Origin: Welwitschia mirabilis | Lineage: Eukaryota | DNA: 63,477 nucleotides | NCBI GenBank assembly: GCA_051453625.1 | Contig: JBOZIK010000001.1 | Span: forward strand, 12,501,238 to 12,564,714 | Direction: 5' to 3' | Shown here: piece by piece, positions 49,780 through 63,477 of the stretch | How the letters are laid out: each line of letters begins with the position of its first letter | How positions within the stretch are numbered: the stretch's first letter is position 1 | Program-made: the position numbers and the translations under genes | The notes under the pieces: model-generated | Told to the model about the DNA's origin: nothing | Seen by the model: the letters and a program-made list of their open reading frames with translations, nothing else | Database searches by the model: none

Positions 49780-52210
49780 CAAAAACTACAAAAGGAGATG
49801 CAGGTAAAGATAGGACTTTAGCCCTTACCAATTATGGCCTCATCTAAAGAGGCTCCATCAATCCAAGGTTCAACCTTTGTACTCCTAATTCTTGATTCAG
49901 AATGTGTGAAACCCAAGTCTAAATTTAAAAAAAAGTTTTTTAGGTAGGTTTGTTTTCTTTGATCGTTGTTCTATATATTAGTCCTCACTCATTTCTGGAT
50001 GGTAACTAAATGGCTAGAAACAGAAGAAGTATAAGTTGTAATAATGTTAGAGGACTTGCTTTTATTTTTCTTCAACTCTGAATATGACAAGGACAAGGTT
50101 ATTGTGGATGTGTCATAATTTTTTGGAACAAGAGATTTGTACATAGCCCCTTAGAAGACAGGAGCTCAATACAATGAAGAATATTTTGAAAATGTATCAA
50201 TCTGGGTGCAGATTTAGAAATTCCCTATTGAGTTTTGGAAAGGAAACATATTGAAAGAGATTGTAAGGAATTTTGGAAAATTAATAAACATTAATAGAAC
50301 TACTGGTAAATCCTCTGGATTCATGTTAGATAGATTATATGTCTGGTTCAAATTCTAGAACATATGTTATAAGTTAAAGTAAATCTTTAAAACCCTAATG
50401 GAGGAATATGAGAATATTTCACTTCCCTATAAAAATATGTTAAAAAGGAGAAAACTTTAAATGAACTTGCAAATAGAAAATAGTTTAACATAACCACTAC
50501 TAGAAGGAGGGAAACCAAGAACATAAGTGCAAAAGAAATTCAGGTGTTACTCTTATGGGACAAAAATGGGCATGTCAGGATGAATTTAGAATGAAACAAA
50601 TAAAAAAGAACACCTGAGGAAAAAGGAGGAAACCCTAAGAAAAATAGATTAAAGGAGTTAAAATACCTCACTAACAAAGAAGAATAGAGACATGAAAAAA
50701 AGAAAAAGGATTTTAATTTAGATAATGCAAGTGTTACATCCTTAAACCAAATTCTAAAAATACCTATGTCCTAAGCTAAGTAAAATAGCATTGAAGACAA
50801 GATTATCCTAGTGGAAGAAATTCCAAATGAAGATATAGTCATAGAATTAGAAATATCATCTTGCAAAAAGGGCATAGTACATACAATGCTAGGAAGAGAC
50901 TCAAATATGGAGAAGAGAGCAATGGAAATGAAGATAAAACTTTTAAATAAGTATCAATTAACTCTAATAGATATGATTGACAAAAAAATCAATCATAGAA
51001 AGAAATATTACTAATTATTTTGTCTTGGAACATAGCAGGGATGAAAATCTTCTATAAGAAAAATTTCTTAGAACCTTCTATAAGATAAATTTCTTACTCT
51101 ATCTAATCAAATAAACTAAAATGGATTTAAATTATATTTAAGAAACTAAAATTTTATTATAAAAACTTAGAATTTCCCTAGAGAATTAGTAATAAATCTT
51201 TTTAGCAAGTATAGAAAGATTTGAAGGATTAATTATAGCTGGTAATCATCTTTTAAGATGTTACACATTAACAACTAGTTCATAACAATTAGAATGGAGG
51301 GTATAATTATTACTAATCTCTATAAACCTTAAAATCACTAATTAAGAATATAAATCCTTAAAGAGTTGATATAAAAATATCATAGGTACACTTGAGTAAT
51401 CATAGTAGGTTTTAATCAACATTTCTATAGATGGGAAAATGGCATAATACTTATTAGAATGATCCTAAACCTAAAAAGTATCTTACTTTAGTCAAAAATA
51501 AAGAGATGTATGATCTAGACCTCTTGCACAACAAATTCACCTAGTTAAACCAAAGGTGAGGCATCAATATATTATTTACAATAATTAGTAGGGCTTAGCT
51601 GTTAAAGAAAATGATTGTGTAAACTGCTCTTTAAGAGGGCTTTCAAGACTAGGTTCTAAGCATAGATCAATTCTCTTACAAATGGGAATAAGTGTGATCC
51701 ATCATGATAGTTTTATATTTAAAATTTATTATTTAAATAGAGAGAGTCTCAAATAGCTAGTGCAAAAACCCTAAAATCATTATAACAAGAGTGATCCTTC
51801 AAACTTTTTCTTAAAGCCTCATATCAATTTAAATTAAAACTTTAAATATGGATCAAAGAGGATAGGATTAACTTTACCACTAGAAGAAAGGATATCCTAG
51901 ACTACCTAGATGACATCCAATGTTAAGAAGAAAAAGAGGCATTAAGATTTCAAGGAAGAAACATAAACTCTTATAGAAATACATGGCTTGTACAAAGATG
52001 AAGAAACCTATTTCAAGTATCAATCTAGGATTCAATGGTTAAAAGAAAGTGAAAGACATTCAAAGTATGATTTAGGATTGTCTTAAAGAATAGAGATGTG
52101 AATAAAATAAGAAGACTAAAAATCAATTGTAATGAAATTACACACAAAAAGGCAATAGCCAATGAGTTTGAGAAATGCTACAAGAACCACTGGGGAGATA
52201 AAAAGGAAAT

Positions 52211-52250
<40 letters not shown>

Positions 52251-54300
52251 AGATAAGGAAAGTACTAAACAAGGAAGATAGAGGTCATCTAATGGAAATG
52301 TTTACAAAATAATAAATTTAAAAGGGATCTAAAAGTATGAAGAATACTCAAAGCTTAAGACTAGATGATTGACCACCTAATTTCTTTAAAAAATTTATAG
52401 ACTATCTGATAGAAGACATTACCGCTATAGAAAACAATATGCTATAAAAAGGAAGTATGTTAAAGGAAATTAATTATACTAATATTATTATCCTTCAAAA
52501 AAAGTTAAACTCTATATCTGCTAGACTTTAAACTAATCATTGTTTATAACATAATATATAATATACTTACTAAGGGTCTAGTTCAAAGACTAAACTCACT
52601 CCTTCTCAAGTTAGTTTATCCATCATAAGAAGGGTTCATAAAATCTAAAGTATATTTAGAACTAAATCATTCTTAATCATAAATTAATTCATACTTACAT
52701 ATCTTATAAATTTCTAGAAATTTTTTATAAACTTAATATTGCAAAAACATACAACACTTTAAGATTGGTCTTCTTAGAAAGTATTATGCTAAAAAAGAGA
52801 TTTCCCCATATATACATTAAGACAATTCTAAATCTCCACAAAACCACTAGATTTTTCATGAAATTAATGAAAATACTTATGATTTTTTAAATCTAATAGA
52901 GAGATAAAATAAGGAAACTTGATATCAACATAATTATTTATTTTAGCCATGAACACTATGAGGCATTATTTAAAAAAGTATGAAGGAGTTGAGATATTCT
53001 AGAAAAGATACATATAATACAATGTTATAGACTAAGATTAATAAGGAAGATGCTAGAGATATAATAAAAGTCATGAAAAAATTTAGAAATTCTACTATCA
53101 TTTAAATCAACAGGGACAAATCTAAGATATATTTTTTAAATCCAACATTCATAGTAAGACAACTATTCTTACTAAAATGGGAATGAAGCAGGGGTCAGAA
53201 AATGATATATACTTAGGTACCATAATGAAAACTTGGTCAAAAATCTAAAAGAATCTATTAAAATGGATTGATAAAATATGTATATATTAATGCAATAGAT
53301 TCTTATCTACCTAATTTAAAAGCATCTTAGTAAATGTTTGTATAAGTGCAATAGTCAAATGTACTATTACCATTATCGAGTTATGGAAAAAAAGTATATT
53401 AGTTGATTAATAAAGATTTTAAAAATTTATTTTGGTTAGAGGTAAAGATAAAATGCACATTTATCTAGTTATGTGAATGTTAATTAGAAACACTAAGGAA
53501 TCAGGAGACTTAGGTGTTAATAAACTTTAAGATGTAAATTTGATAAGAAAAATATAACATAAACTAAGGAATTAGGAGAGTTTGGTGTTAATAAACTTTA
53601 ATATGTAAATATAATAGGATTAAGATGACTCATTTAGAGATTTAATAATGAGGATACTTCTTAGATGACATTGATAAACCACAAATATATATCAAAATAG
53701 TGGAAAGGTTTTACCCTATGGAAAGATATCAAAAGAATCCATTAGAATTTAGGTAGTTTAATATGAAACAAGATTGGATAAATAAAGAATTCCTTATTAC
53801 TAAGCATGATAAAGAAGACTAGACATCAAAAATAAAAATTTTTATCTAGCTGCTAGATAAAAGAGTAATTCTAATGATAGATTAGCTTCACTATAAGGGC
53901 ATTATGGTATGTAAATCCTACATAGTATGTAATCATACAAGTGATGATATAACACACTCATATTATGGTGCTTAGATAATTAACTTTATCTCAATATTAA
54001 CTGTTAGTTAGATTTAGGCTAGGAGAGTTTATATAGATAAGAGTGCCTCTATTATGTACATTTTTATTTAAAAAAGACCTTTTTAACTTCCACTNNNNNN
54101 NNNAAGTGACATAAACATTTGTAGGATGAAATTGTAGTAACAAACACGGGAAGGTATTCAATGTTCGAATCAAACTTCATTACTTGTTATGAACATTGCA
54201 AGGAGCTTTAAAATCTTACTATTTTAAGAGGTTGAGAAGATTACCAAGCTATAATATAGTAGAGTTCTTTAAGAGATGAAAAATAGATATCACAATTTTT
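49780..54300 (+). mobile_element. Near full-length but decayed L1 LINE (ORF1 DUF4283-like + Zn knuckle; ORF2 EN-RT-zf-RVT)
   Basis: ORF1: FFFNSEYDKDKVI, SIWVQI*KFPIEFWKGNILKEI (50060-50290). EN: IILSWNIAG (~51015), VIIVGFN, NKFT*LNQR, SKHRSI. RT: SRIQWLKES (~52025), INYTNII, KLNIAKTYN (~52730), INRDKSKI, YLG, KESGDLG. zf-RVT: KIKIFI*LL (~53830). Confidence 0.82.
52213..52248. repeat. (AT)18 microsatellite
   Basis: Perfect atat run inside the LINE. Confidence 0.95.
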
Positions 54301-54309
54301 TAGAAAGTA

Positions 54310-57300
54310 TGTTATGATGTCAAATTATATGTATGTGATGTGGTATTTTGAGTGCTTTTGTAGGATAGATTTAGGTGGAGTTTCAATAATAACAGAGAGT
54401 CAATTCAATGATCATAGAAATGTATAATCTTTAATAGATTTAAAGGTATTTTAGGTGATTTCTAATATTTAACATCCTAAGGAGAAGTCTGATAATCAAA
54501 GAGGTTGATTTAACTTAATAGAGGAACTAAAAAGTCTAATGTCCCCATCATCATCTAGATGACAGTATTGAACGACATCATAAGAAAGTTGACAAGGATG
54601 CTGATTAGACTAAGCTAGAAGTTAATGTGGATCCTTTCTGGTGTGGCATCATTTCCATCATCATTCTGATAATAATTAAGATGACATTACATCTTATTTT
54701 TTAACCAACGCATTAAACTTCCCCTAACTTTACATATATATCATGTGCTCCTCCCTTTGGCACTGCTAATATTGTGTCTAGTTGTTAGGGTTTCTATTTT
54801 TAGGATGTTCTTGTAATAAATATCTCTTTTACCCTTGATTTAACTTTCATCTTCTTTTACACCTGAAAATCTTGTGATGGGAGATCGAAGGATAGGATAT
54901 CCATCCCTAGTTATAGAGAGAAGTCTTTCTTGGTGTTGGGCTATGTATTCTCCATTGAGGTATTATTGCTTTATAAGTGGATGCTTGGTTTAACATTAAT
55001 CAAAATAGTTTTATATCTTCATTATGTGCATCTTCCTTATATTTTATGTTGGTTATAATTTCATGATAGCTTTATAATTGATATAGTTCATAAAGGCAAC
55101 CTTTGTTAAGGTTGCGATTTTTAGTTTCGTGTTTGCATTTTATTTTGCATTTCTACAATCATAATACTAGAATAGTTGCATCTCATTATATCCTATTCAA
55201 TGTGCCTTATCACCTATGTTGATTACAGTTTAGTGACAGTTTTCCTTAATTGATCTAGATTATATGGGTCAATCTTAGTGCAAGAGGTTAGTACTCGAAT
55301 AGATCTATTACCTAGAATATTTTCCATTGCATTTCATTATAAGCATTAAATTATTGTTTATCTTGCATTATTTTCTTTCATTTTTATTCATTTTCATTCA
55401 CCTAAATAAAAAAAGAATAAAAATACATTATCAGAATCAATTCTCTAACTTTGAGCCTAGTATCTTCGATGGATAATGACATTTGGATCGACTCCCATAT
55501 ATACTAGTGTGTGTTTTATGCAACCATTTGTAATAAATAGCCTTTGCTTAAGGAGATAAAGGTTTCATAAAGACACACTACAAAATTTTGCATTTCTATA
55601 ATCATAATACTAGAATAGTTGCATCTCATTATATCTTATTCAATGTGCCTTATCACCTATGTTGATTACAGTTTAGTGATAGTTTTCCTTAATTGATCTA
55701 GATTATAGGGATCAATCTTAGTGAAAGAGGTTAGTACTCGAATAGATCTATTGCCTAGAATTTTTTCCATTGCATTTCATTATAAGCATTACGTTAGTGT
55801 TTATCTTGCATTATTTTCTTTCATTTTTATTCATTTTCATTCACCTAAATAGAAAAAGAATAAAAATACATTATCAAAATCAATTCTCTAACTTCAAGCC
55901 TAGTATTTTCAATGGATTATGACATTTGGATTGAGTCCCATCTATAGTAGCATGTGTTTTATGCAAATATTTGTAATTAATAGGTTTTTCTTAAGGAGAT
56001 AAAGGTTGCATAAATACATACTGCAACATTTTAGTGCCATTACCGAGGAAGGCTACAAAGAATTAGAGGATTATCACTACAACAAATAAGTAGTTTGGAT
56101 TTTGATTCAAGTTATTTGTTTGTGGTAGTATTGTATCTTTACTGTAGACTATAGTTTTTCTTTCTGCATTTTTTAATTTTCATTTTGCAAATAACACTCT
56201 ATCATCCTCCTTGCCATTCAAATGATGTCGATGCATGATAGACCAAAAAAACTAAGGTTTTTTATTTTTTTTGCATGCTAGGGATTTTTTGTTTTTAATG
56301 TAATAAAGTCAATATCATCTCCTCTATTATCTAGATGAAAGCAGACAACTATTAATTTTATTTCTATCTCTATTTTCTATAAATCTATTTTTATCTATTT
56401 CTTTTTTTCTTATTTCTATATAAGTGATCATTTAAGGATATTATTCAAATGATGGCCAAGACGATGATTGTGTAAGCATTTTTCTGAGTATGCAAAGACA
56501 TGATAAATTCTAGTTAAAAAAAATTATCAGAGGGAGAAAAGCTTGATTGAGGAAAACATCAGAGAAGGTCTATTTGATAACAAACAAAATCCAAGTACAT
56601 ACACCTCAAGTGCATAAATTCCAAGAATGAAAGAATAATATTTTTCTACTGTAGAATCTGATTTTTCAAAATAAGATTATGATAGAATAGAAGTAAATCA
56701 TTTTATTTATTCTTTATCTATGTTAAACTCAATACAAAAGCAAAAACAAGTAGCATCATTTAATACTATAATCATGATAAGAACATCTAATGCAAATACA
56801 AATGTTATACTTAAAGATTTAATATCCAATAAAAATGTGAAATCCAAAATCCTTTTGACTTGCCTCTTGGTAATAATGTAGAACTAAGAAACTTAAATGC
56901 TTATCTAGCATTTTTAGGAGAACCTAATGAATATCCTTTTTAACATCTCACCAATATAGAACAACTTGTACTCATATTAGGAAATGGGAAGGAATGAATT
57001 AATGATAGAACTTACATTATTATCTTTCCTATTACACTTAGGAGAAAGCAAAACTTTAGCTTAGAACCATTCCTTATAAAATTCTTAAAACTTAGAGTCA
57101 AGTAAAAGAAGCCTTTATTAAACAATTTATGAATAAAAACACCATGAAAAAAGGAGGAAAGAAGTCACTAACTTATAACAACAATCCCATCAAGATTATG
57201 CCATAACATATGAGCTATTTATCATAGTTATTCATACCAATCTTATTGATGAATTTTATAAAGTAGAATAAATAGATTATTTTGATAGTAGATTGAATAG

Positions 57301-60300
57301 TCAAACAAAACAACTTGTAGATTTTTATTGTGGTGGAAACTTGATAAAATTAACTTTAAATAATGCATGAAAGTTATTGGAAGATCTAGTTGAGATAAGT
57401 AAAACTTAGTCAAAACCAACTTTTAAAAAAATCCAAACTATAGGCCAAATTATAAAAGACATAAAGGAAGTAAAACATGATAAGGAGGAAGAACAAAATA
57501 ATCAACTAATGTTATTAAGAATTTCACTACTTCTCTAGAAAAATACACTTAAATTATAGTTGATGCAAAGGTAACAAATGAGAAGAACAAAATTTCAACA
57601 TGTGATTTATGTAAAGAGAACTCTCATTCAATAAAAAAATATCCCTTGTTACCCACATGTAAAGAGAAAATGTTTGAAGAAGTATGTGCATTTAACTAAA
57701 AACCTTCCAACTTTCAAAAACAAATGTAATTTTAATAAAGAATGAGTGGGAAATCAAATTGAAAACCTTTAATTTTCAATCAAGTAACTTCAACTTCCAA
57801 CTAAACTCTTTAAATTTTCAACAAAATCAGAGTGATCTAGTTATAAATGCAATAGAAGAGTTGAGAACGTGCAAGAAATGACTAACATAACCATTGAAAA
57901 CCAAAGTAAAAACATTTAGAATTTAGTTACTGTGCTTTATTAAAAAATATTAACCCATCAAAGACCATAAGGGTCTCCTGCAACGCAATCTTTACCAAAC
58001 TTAAATGAAGTGAAAAGAGATTGGAAAGTAATAATTAAAAGTGAAATTGATATAGCACCACCTATTCGTGAGACTTCAACTTCTAAAAATGATGAAGAAG
58101 GTAAGAAGGAGGATGATATAGAAATCTTAGAAACACATAACTCCCCTTTAAATTTGGATGAGCCTTCACGAAAAAACACAAAAGGAAAAGACTAGCTACC
58201 CCTTAGCTTGATAGGATAAATATAAATCCTCTCTTTAATGAATACTTAAAAACCTTAATGCAAGATGTTAGCATCAACTTACCCTTTCCAAACTCTTGTA
58301 AAAAAATCCTAAGTATACTAAGTTGTTGAAATACCTAGCTAGAAGAAAATAAAAATGTACCATCCCTAGTAGAGTCTTCCTTACACAATCTATGTCCAAA
58401 TTAGTCATTCAAAAGTATCCTAAATTTAATACTCTAGGGTAGCAATGGTAATTATTAATTTAAAAGAAAATAATAAAATCAAAAAAGCCTTGATAGATAT
58501 AGGAGCAAGTTTAAACATTATGCCTCTTCACATATGTAAAACACTTGGGTTGGAAATAAGAAATAAATCTACATGAATCATCTTAGAGTTAGTTAATACT
58601 TCTATTAAAAAATCTTTGGGGATCATTTAAGACTTAATCATCCAAATATAAAAAGCTTNNNNNNNNNNNNNNNNNNNNNNNNNNNNNNNNNNNNNNNNNN
58701 NNNNNNNNNNNNNNNNNNNNNNNNNNNNNNNNNNNNNNNNNNNNNNNNNNNNNNNNNNTTAAAAAATCTTTGGGGATCATTTAAGACTTAATCATCCAAA
58801 TATAAAAAGCTTTCTACCCCATAGATGTGGTTATTATTGAAGTAGAATATGATAGAGGTTACCCACTACTTTTAGGAAGAGCCTCTTGTGCCACTACCCA
58901 CTGCATTATCCACAAATGTACTGGTATGATGGAATGTCACGTATGAAATAAGAAATTAACCACTAAAGTTTTTGATTCTATTGATACAGACATGGAAGNN
59001 NNNNNNNNNNNNNNNNNNNNNNNNNNNNNNNNNNNNNNNNNNNNNNNNNNNNNNNNNNNNNNNNNNNNNNNNNNNNNNNNNNNNNNNNNNNNNNNNNNNN
59101 NNNNNNNNNNNNNNNNNNNNNNNNNNNNNNNNNNNNNNNNNNNNNNNNNNNNNNNNNNNNNNNNNNNNNNNNNNNNNNNNNNNNNNNNNNNNNNNNNNNN
59201 NNNNNNNNNNNNNNNNNNNNNNNNNNNNNNNNNNNTAAGGGTAGTCATCTACCTTTTTTATTTAGACGACAATCCCAGACGATGGTCAACACTAACAATT
59301 GAATAATAAAAATTAAAGATTAAAACTTGGAATTAAAAGAATTATCTAAAGATCTAAAACACATCTTTCTATCTAATAATCTAAAGAAACCTTCATGATA
59401 AGTAAACTCTCAGTAAAGGATTTCACTTAGACTCATAAAGATTTAGCAGTCATTCCCTCTTTCCATAGTTTAACATAAAATCTACCTTAAAGATAATGCT
59501 AAACCAAATAGGTAATCCCAACTAAGACTTAACTCATTCCTTAAAAAAGTTGTTAAAGATGTAATCATTAAACTTATGGATGCCAGAATAATCTATGTTA
59601 TATCTAATAGGGAGTAGGTTAGACCCTTGACAATAGTACCTAAAAAGGGTTGAAAGTGAAGTATGTATATTAACTTTAGAAAACTTAATGATGTTACTAA
59701 AAAGGATCATTACCCTTGACCCTTTCTATACTAGATAATTAATAGAATCCAAGAACAGATACTTAATAGAATTCAAGAACATGCCTACTACTGTTTGTTT
59801 GATGGGTATAATGGCTATAATAATATTTGCATAGTCTAGTGAGAACTAAGCAAAGACAATCTTTACTTCTCTCTTTAGAACCTTTGCCTTTAGAAGAATG
59901 CCTTTTGGACTTTGTAATGCCCCAGGAACTTTTGAACATGCAATGATGAGTATCTTTTCTAACATGATAGAGGAATTAATTGATATCTTTAAGGATGACA
60001 TCTCTATCTTTAGTGAAACTTTTGAACAAATCATAAAAAGGTTAGAGAAGTTCTTAGGTAGATGTATAGAGAGTGGCCTACATTTGAATTGGGGAAAAAG
60101 TTTGTTTCTTATTAACAATGGGATTGTTTTGGGTCATCACATTTCTAGTGAGAAAATTAGGATGGACCTTGTAAAAGTTAGTACCATAAAAAACCTTAAC
60201 GCTCTAACTAATGTTAAACAAATTAGATCTTTCCTTGGTCATGTTGGTTTCTATCATTATTTTATTTAAGATATGCTAAGATTTATAAACCCCTTTACTC

Positions 60301-62120
60301 ATTACTTGAAAAATAAGCTAAATTTGAATGGAATCATTCATGTAAACTTGCTTTTAAAACACTTAAAAATAAAATCTCTTTTAAACCTATTGTAACAAGA
60401 CTCAATTGGACTAAATATTTTGAACTTATGTGTGATGCTAGTAATATTGTTGTGGATAGGGTTCTTGGTCAAAAATATGGATAAAGTCTTAAGTCATATC
60501 TTATCATAGTAAAACTTTGTCTAAGGCTCAAACCAATTACACTACCACTAAGAAAGAAATACTTGCTATCATTTTTCGCCTAGACAACCTTCGACATTAT
60601 CTCTTTGCCTTTCATACCAATGTTTACACTGATCATGCTATAATCCATTACCTTATAACTAAGAAAGATTCTAATGCTAGACTTATTAGGTGGATCTTTT
60701 TCATGCAAGGATTTAATCTTACCATCATAGGTAAATNNNNNNNNNNNNNNNNNNNNNNNNNNNNNNNNNNNNNNNNNNNNNNNNNNNNNNNNNNNNNNNN
60801 NNNNNNNNNNNNNNNNNNNNNNNNNNNNNNNNNNNNNNNNNNNNNNNNNNNNNNNNNNNNNNNNNNNNNNNNNNNNNNNNNNNNNNNNNNNNNNNNNNNN
60901 NNNNNNNNNNNNNNNNNNNNNNNNNNNNNNNNNNNNNNNNNNNNNNNNNNNNNNNNNNNNNNNNNNNNNNNNNNNNNNNNNNNNNNNNNNNNNNNNNNNN
61001 NNNNNNNNNNNNNNNNNNNNNNNNNNNNNNNNNNNNNNNNNNNNNNNNNNNNNNNNNNNNNNNNNNNNNNNNNNNNNNNNNNNNNNNNNNNNNNNNNNNN
61101 NNNNNNNNNNNNNNNNNNNNNNNNNNNNNNNNNNNNNNNNNNNNNNNNNNNNNNNNNNNNNNNNNNNNNNNNNNNNNNNNNNNNNNNNNNNNNNNNNNNN
61201 NNNNNNNNNNNNNNNNNNNNNNNNNNNNNNNNNNNNNNNNNNNNNNNNNNNNNNNNNNNNNNNNNNNNNNNNNNNNNNNNNNNNNNNNNNNNNNNNNNNN
61301 NNNNNNNNNNNNNNNNNNNNNNNNNNNNNNNNNNNNNNNNNNNNNNNNNNNNNNNNNNNNNNNNNNNNNNNNNNNNNNNNNNNNNNNNNNNNNNNNNNNN
61401 NNNNNNNNNNNNNNNNNNNNNNNNNNNNNNNNNNNNNNNNNATTTTTGGTCACTTATCTTGTCTTCCTTGTTCTCTTGATGATCTCTCGATTGACAACTA
61501 CTTTCCTAATGAACAACTCTTTTTTATTAAAGCCATCTTATCTTATGATTCTAGTCCTTGATATGTTGACATTGTAAATTACCTTGTTATAATGAAGACA
61601 CGTCAACATTAGATACATAACTAATGAAACTCTTTCCTCTATAGGATTAGTGATTATGAATTGAGTTAACCCCATCTTCACCATAGGTGCAAAAATCAAA
61701 TCATGCATAAATGTATGCCAAAATGGGAATAAATTAATATTCTTAATCTTTTTCATGGTGGAGTATGTGGAAGACACTCTAGTAGATACAAAACTATAAT
61801 GAAAATTCTTTAGTCTAGTTTCTATTGGCCTACTCTTTTTAAGGACTCCTTTCACATTGTTAGAAGGTGTAATGCTTGTCAATGTTATGGTACCCTCACT
61901 CACTTTGAAGATACTCTTCTTAAATCTATCCTTGAATGTGAACTATTTGACTATTGGGAGATTGACTTTATAGGCCTTATTAAATCATCTTCTCATGATA
62001 AAACTTACATTTTAGTGATTGTTAACCATGTTAAGTGGGTTGAAGCTATTTCTACCACCACAAATAATGCTTGAATTATTTGTAATCTTATCTAAACTCA
62101 TATCTTTTGGCATTTTGGTT
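54310..62120 (+). mobile_element. Athila-like (non-chromovirus) Ty3/gypsy element, LTR-PBS-gag-PR-RT-RH-INT, pseudogenised and interrupted in integrase
   Basis: LTR ends ctgcaaca at 56028, followed by PBS ttttagtgccattaccgagga (56029-56049). Gag FLGEPNEYP, QLVDFYCGGNL; PR ALIDIGASLNIMP (~58490); RT VPKKG, FRKLNDVTKKDHYP, DGYNGY, MPFGLCNAPGTF, FKDD; RH FELMCDAS; INT FDYWEIDF, WVEAI. LTR start approximate. Confidence 0.88.
55142..56028 (+). repeat. 443-bp direct tandem duplication of the U5 end of the gypsy LTR
   Basis: attttgcatttcta(c/t)aatcataatactagaatag starts at 55142 and again at 55585; the copies are near identical and there is no N gap between them. Confidence 0.92.
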
Positions 62121-62123
62121 TCT

Positions 62124-63477
62124 TATTTTCATGCCAAAATTGACGCTTGAAGCAAGTATAATTAATTAATTTAATATAAGGAAAGATACTTAATTTATTA
62201 ATTTATCATAAAATGATGTCCTTTATTATTTTTAAAATAAAATTTAATATTATATTTTTATCCATAATAATTACAAGTCTTTAGTCACATTTTGAAATAC
62301 ATGATAAAATATGGACACAATTCTGTATAAAATAATAATGGCAATAGAGAAATGAGGTGGCAATATGTAGTAGCAAAATCGGAAGACATGTGGTAGAGGC
62401 ATGTGGAGGTGTCATTAGAAACATGTGGCAATAGCACTAGTTGGTAAAGGAATCTGGCTCCAAAAATCACATGTTAGACTCATCATAATGAAACATCCAC
62501 CCAATACTATATGACGATCTCTACCAAATGCTATAAGACAATCTCAACCAAATGCTAAATGATGAAAGATTTTGCCTAATGCTAGAAGACAGACTCTTAT
62601 CTACCTAACGCCATAAAATAACCTCCATAAAATGCTACAAGACAAAATCTTCTACCTAATGCTAAATGTAAAGGTTTTACCTCATGCTATAAGCTAAGAG
62701 CTTATAACCATTCCTCATCCCCATCTTTTCTTATAAGAGAACCTTAAGCCCTTTATTACATTCAACTTTTGGTTGGCTTATCATGGGAAATACTTGGAGG
62801 TTAGGATGTCATGATGTTGTAACACTCTTTATAGGGGACAGAATTATCCATGGTTAGTTGATGAGTTCTTTTTATTCTTCTCCTCCATTGATGCAATGTA
62901 TATTTTTTTAAGTTTAATACAAGAATTGGTTTGAATCCTTTTATTGTTGATGCACAACTTCAATTGATACTAGTAATGTTTAGGTAGAAGTAGTCCTTAA
63001 AATAGGTTCATTCTTTTATTGTTAATGATTAGAAATGGTACTAGCAATATATTTAGATAAGATTATTTAATTATCAAGTTCTTTTAAACCATGTAATTTA
63101 TTTAACCTTACTTTTGTGATTAATAGTTCTGATTATTTGATGGATCTTATGCACTTAGGTTCATACTTTTCATGCTTATAAAGGGCTATGAAGTATCGAG
63201 AGGACTTTATAACTTATCAACACTCATGTAGTGAATGAGATTATGCTTTCATGTTGAGGCTTAATGACTTGATGATTATAGATTTTTTTTATGATACAAG
63301 AATCTTTGGAGAAAAGGAGGAAATTTGGATGAATCACTAGATCCCTTGAGCATTTTTGTTCCCTTATGTTGCTAATTTAAGATCACTTTCTCTTTCTCAA
63401 ACTCTAATTTTTCCTTTATTTGGGTTTTTATTGCAAGTGAGAATAATTGTGTATCTTTTTATTAATTTACTTTTTAT
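62124..63477 (+). mobile_element. LTR distantly related to family A, inserted into the gypsy integrase; runs off the window end
   Basis: The integrase frame stops abruptly at ~62120. The following tattttcatgccaaaattgacgcttg..aattaatttaata..atcataaaa parallels the 12801 LTR start, and acatgtgg repeats, accattcctcatccccatc..tataag and gagattatgc are shared with family A. Confidence 0.6.

Noticed and set aside
60517-61479. Long ORFs in the track (320 aa, 256 aa, 242 aa, 185 aa)
   Set aside because: Their length comes from translation through N gaps; only short gypsy RNase H or copia integrase fragments are real.

Overview
This is an AT-rich, CpG-depleted land-plant nuclear scaffold from a short-read-style assembly with many ~100-N gaps. 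It is made almost entirely of decayed, nested retroelements: a Sirevirus-like and a Tork/Tnt1-like Ty1/copia, two Athila-like Ty3/gypsy elements, several copies of one ~1.3-kb LTR family, three L1 LINE remnants and tRNA-derived SINE-like heads. The only intact gene is 43375-45588 (-), an uninterrupted 737-aa ORF for a hAT-transposase-derived, probably domesticated protein. It has a BED-like Zn finger, a DUF659-like region and an RNase-H-like core whose third catalytic acidic residue is lost, and it sits in a CpG-retaining island with a probable 5'UTR intron. The most notable unexpected items are (i) a cryptic, intron-free DnaJ/J-domain reading frame at ~32550-33100, broken only by transition-type stop codons and lying in what looks like retrotransposon 3' sequence, and (ii) a tandem LTR-spacer-LTR array with a copia element inserted in its PPT. 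All family assignments come from motif recognition by eye; no searches were run, and many boundaries are approximate.
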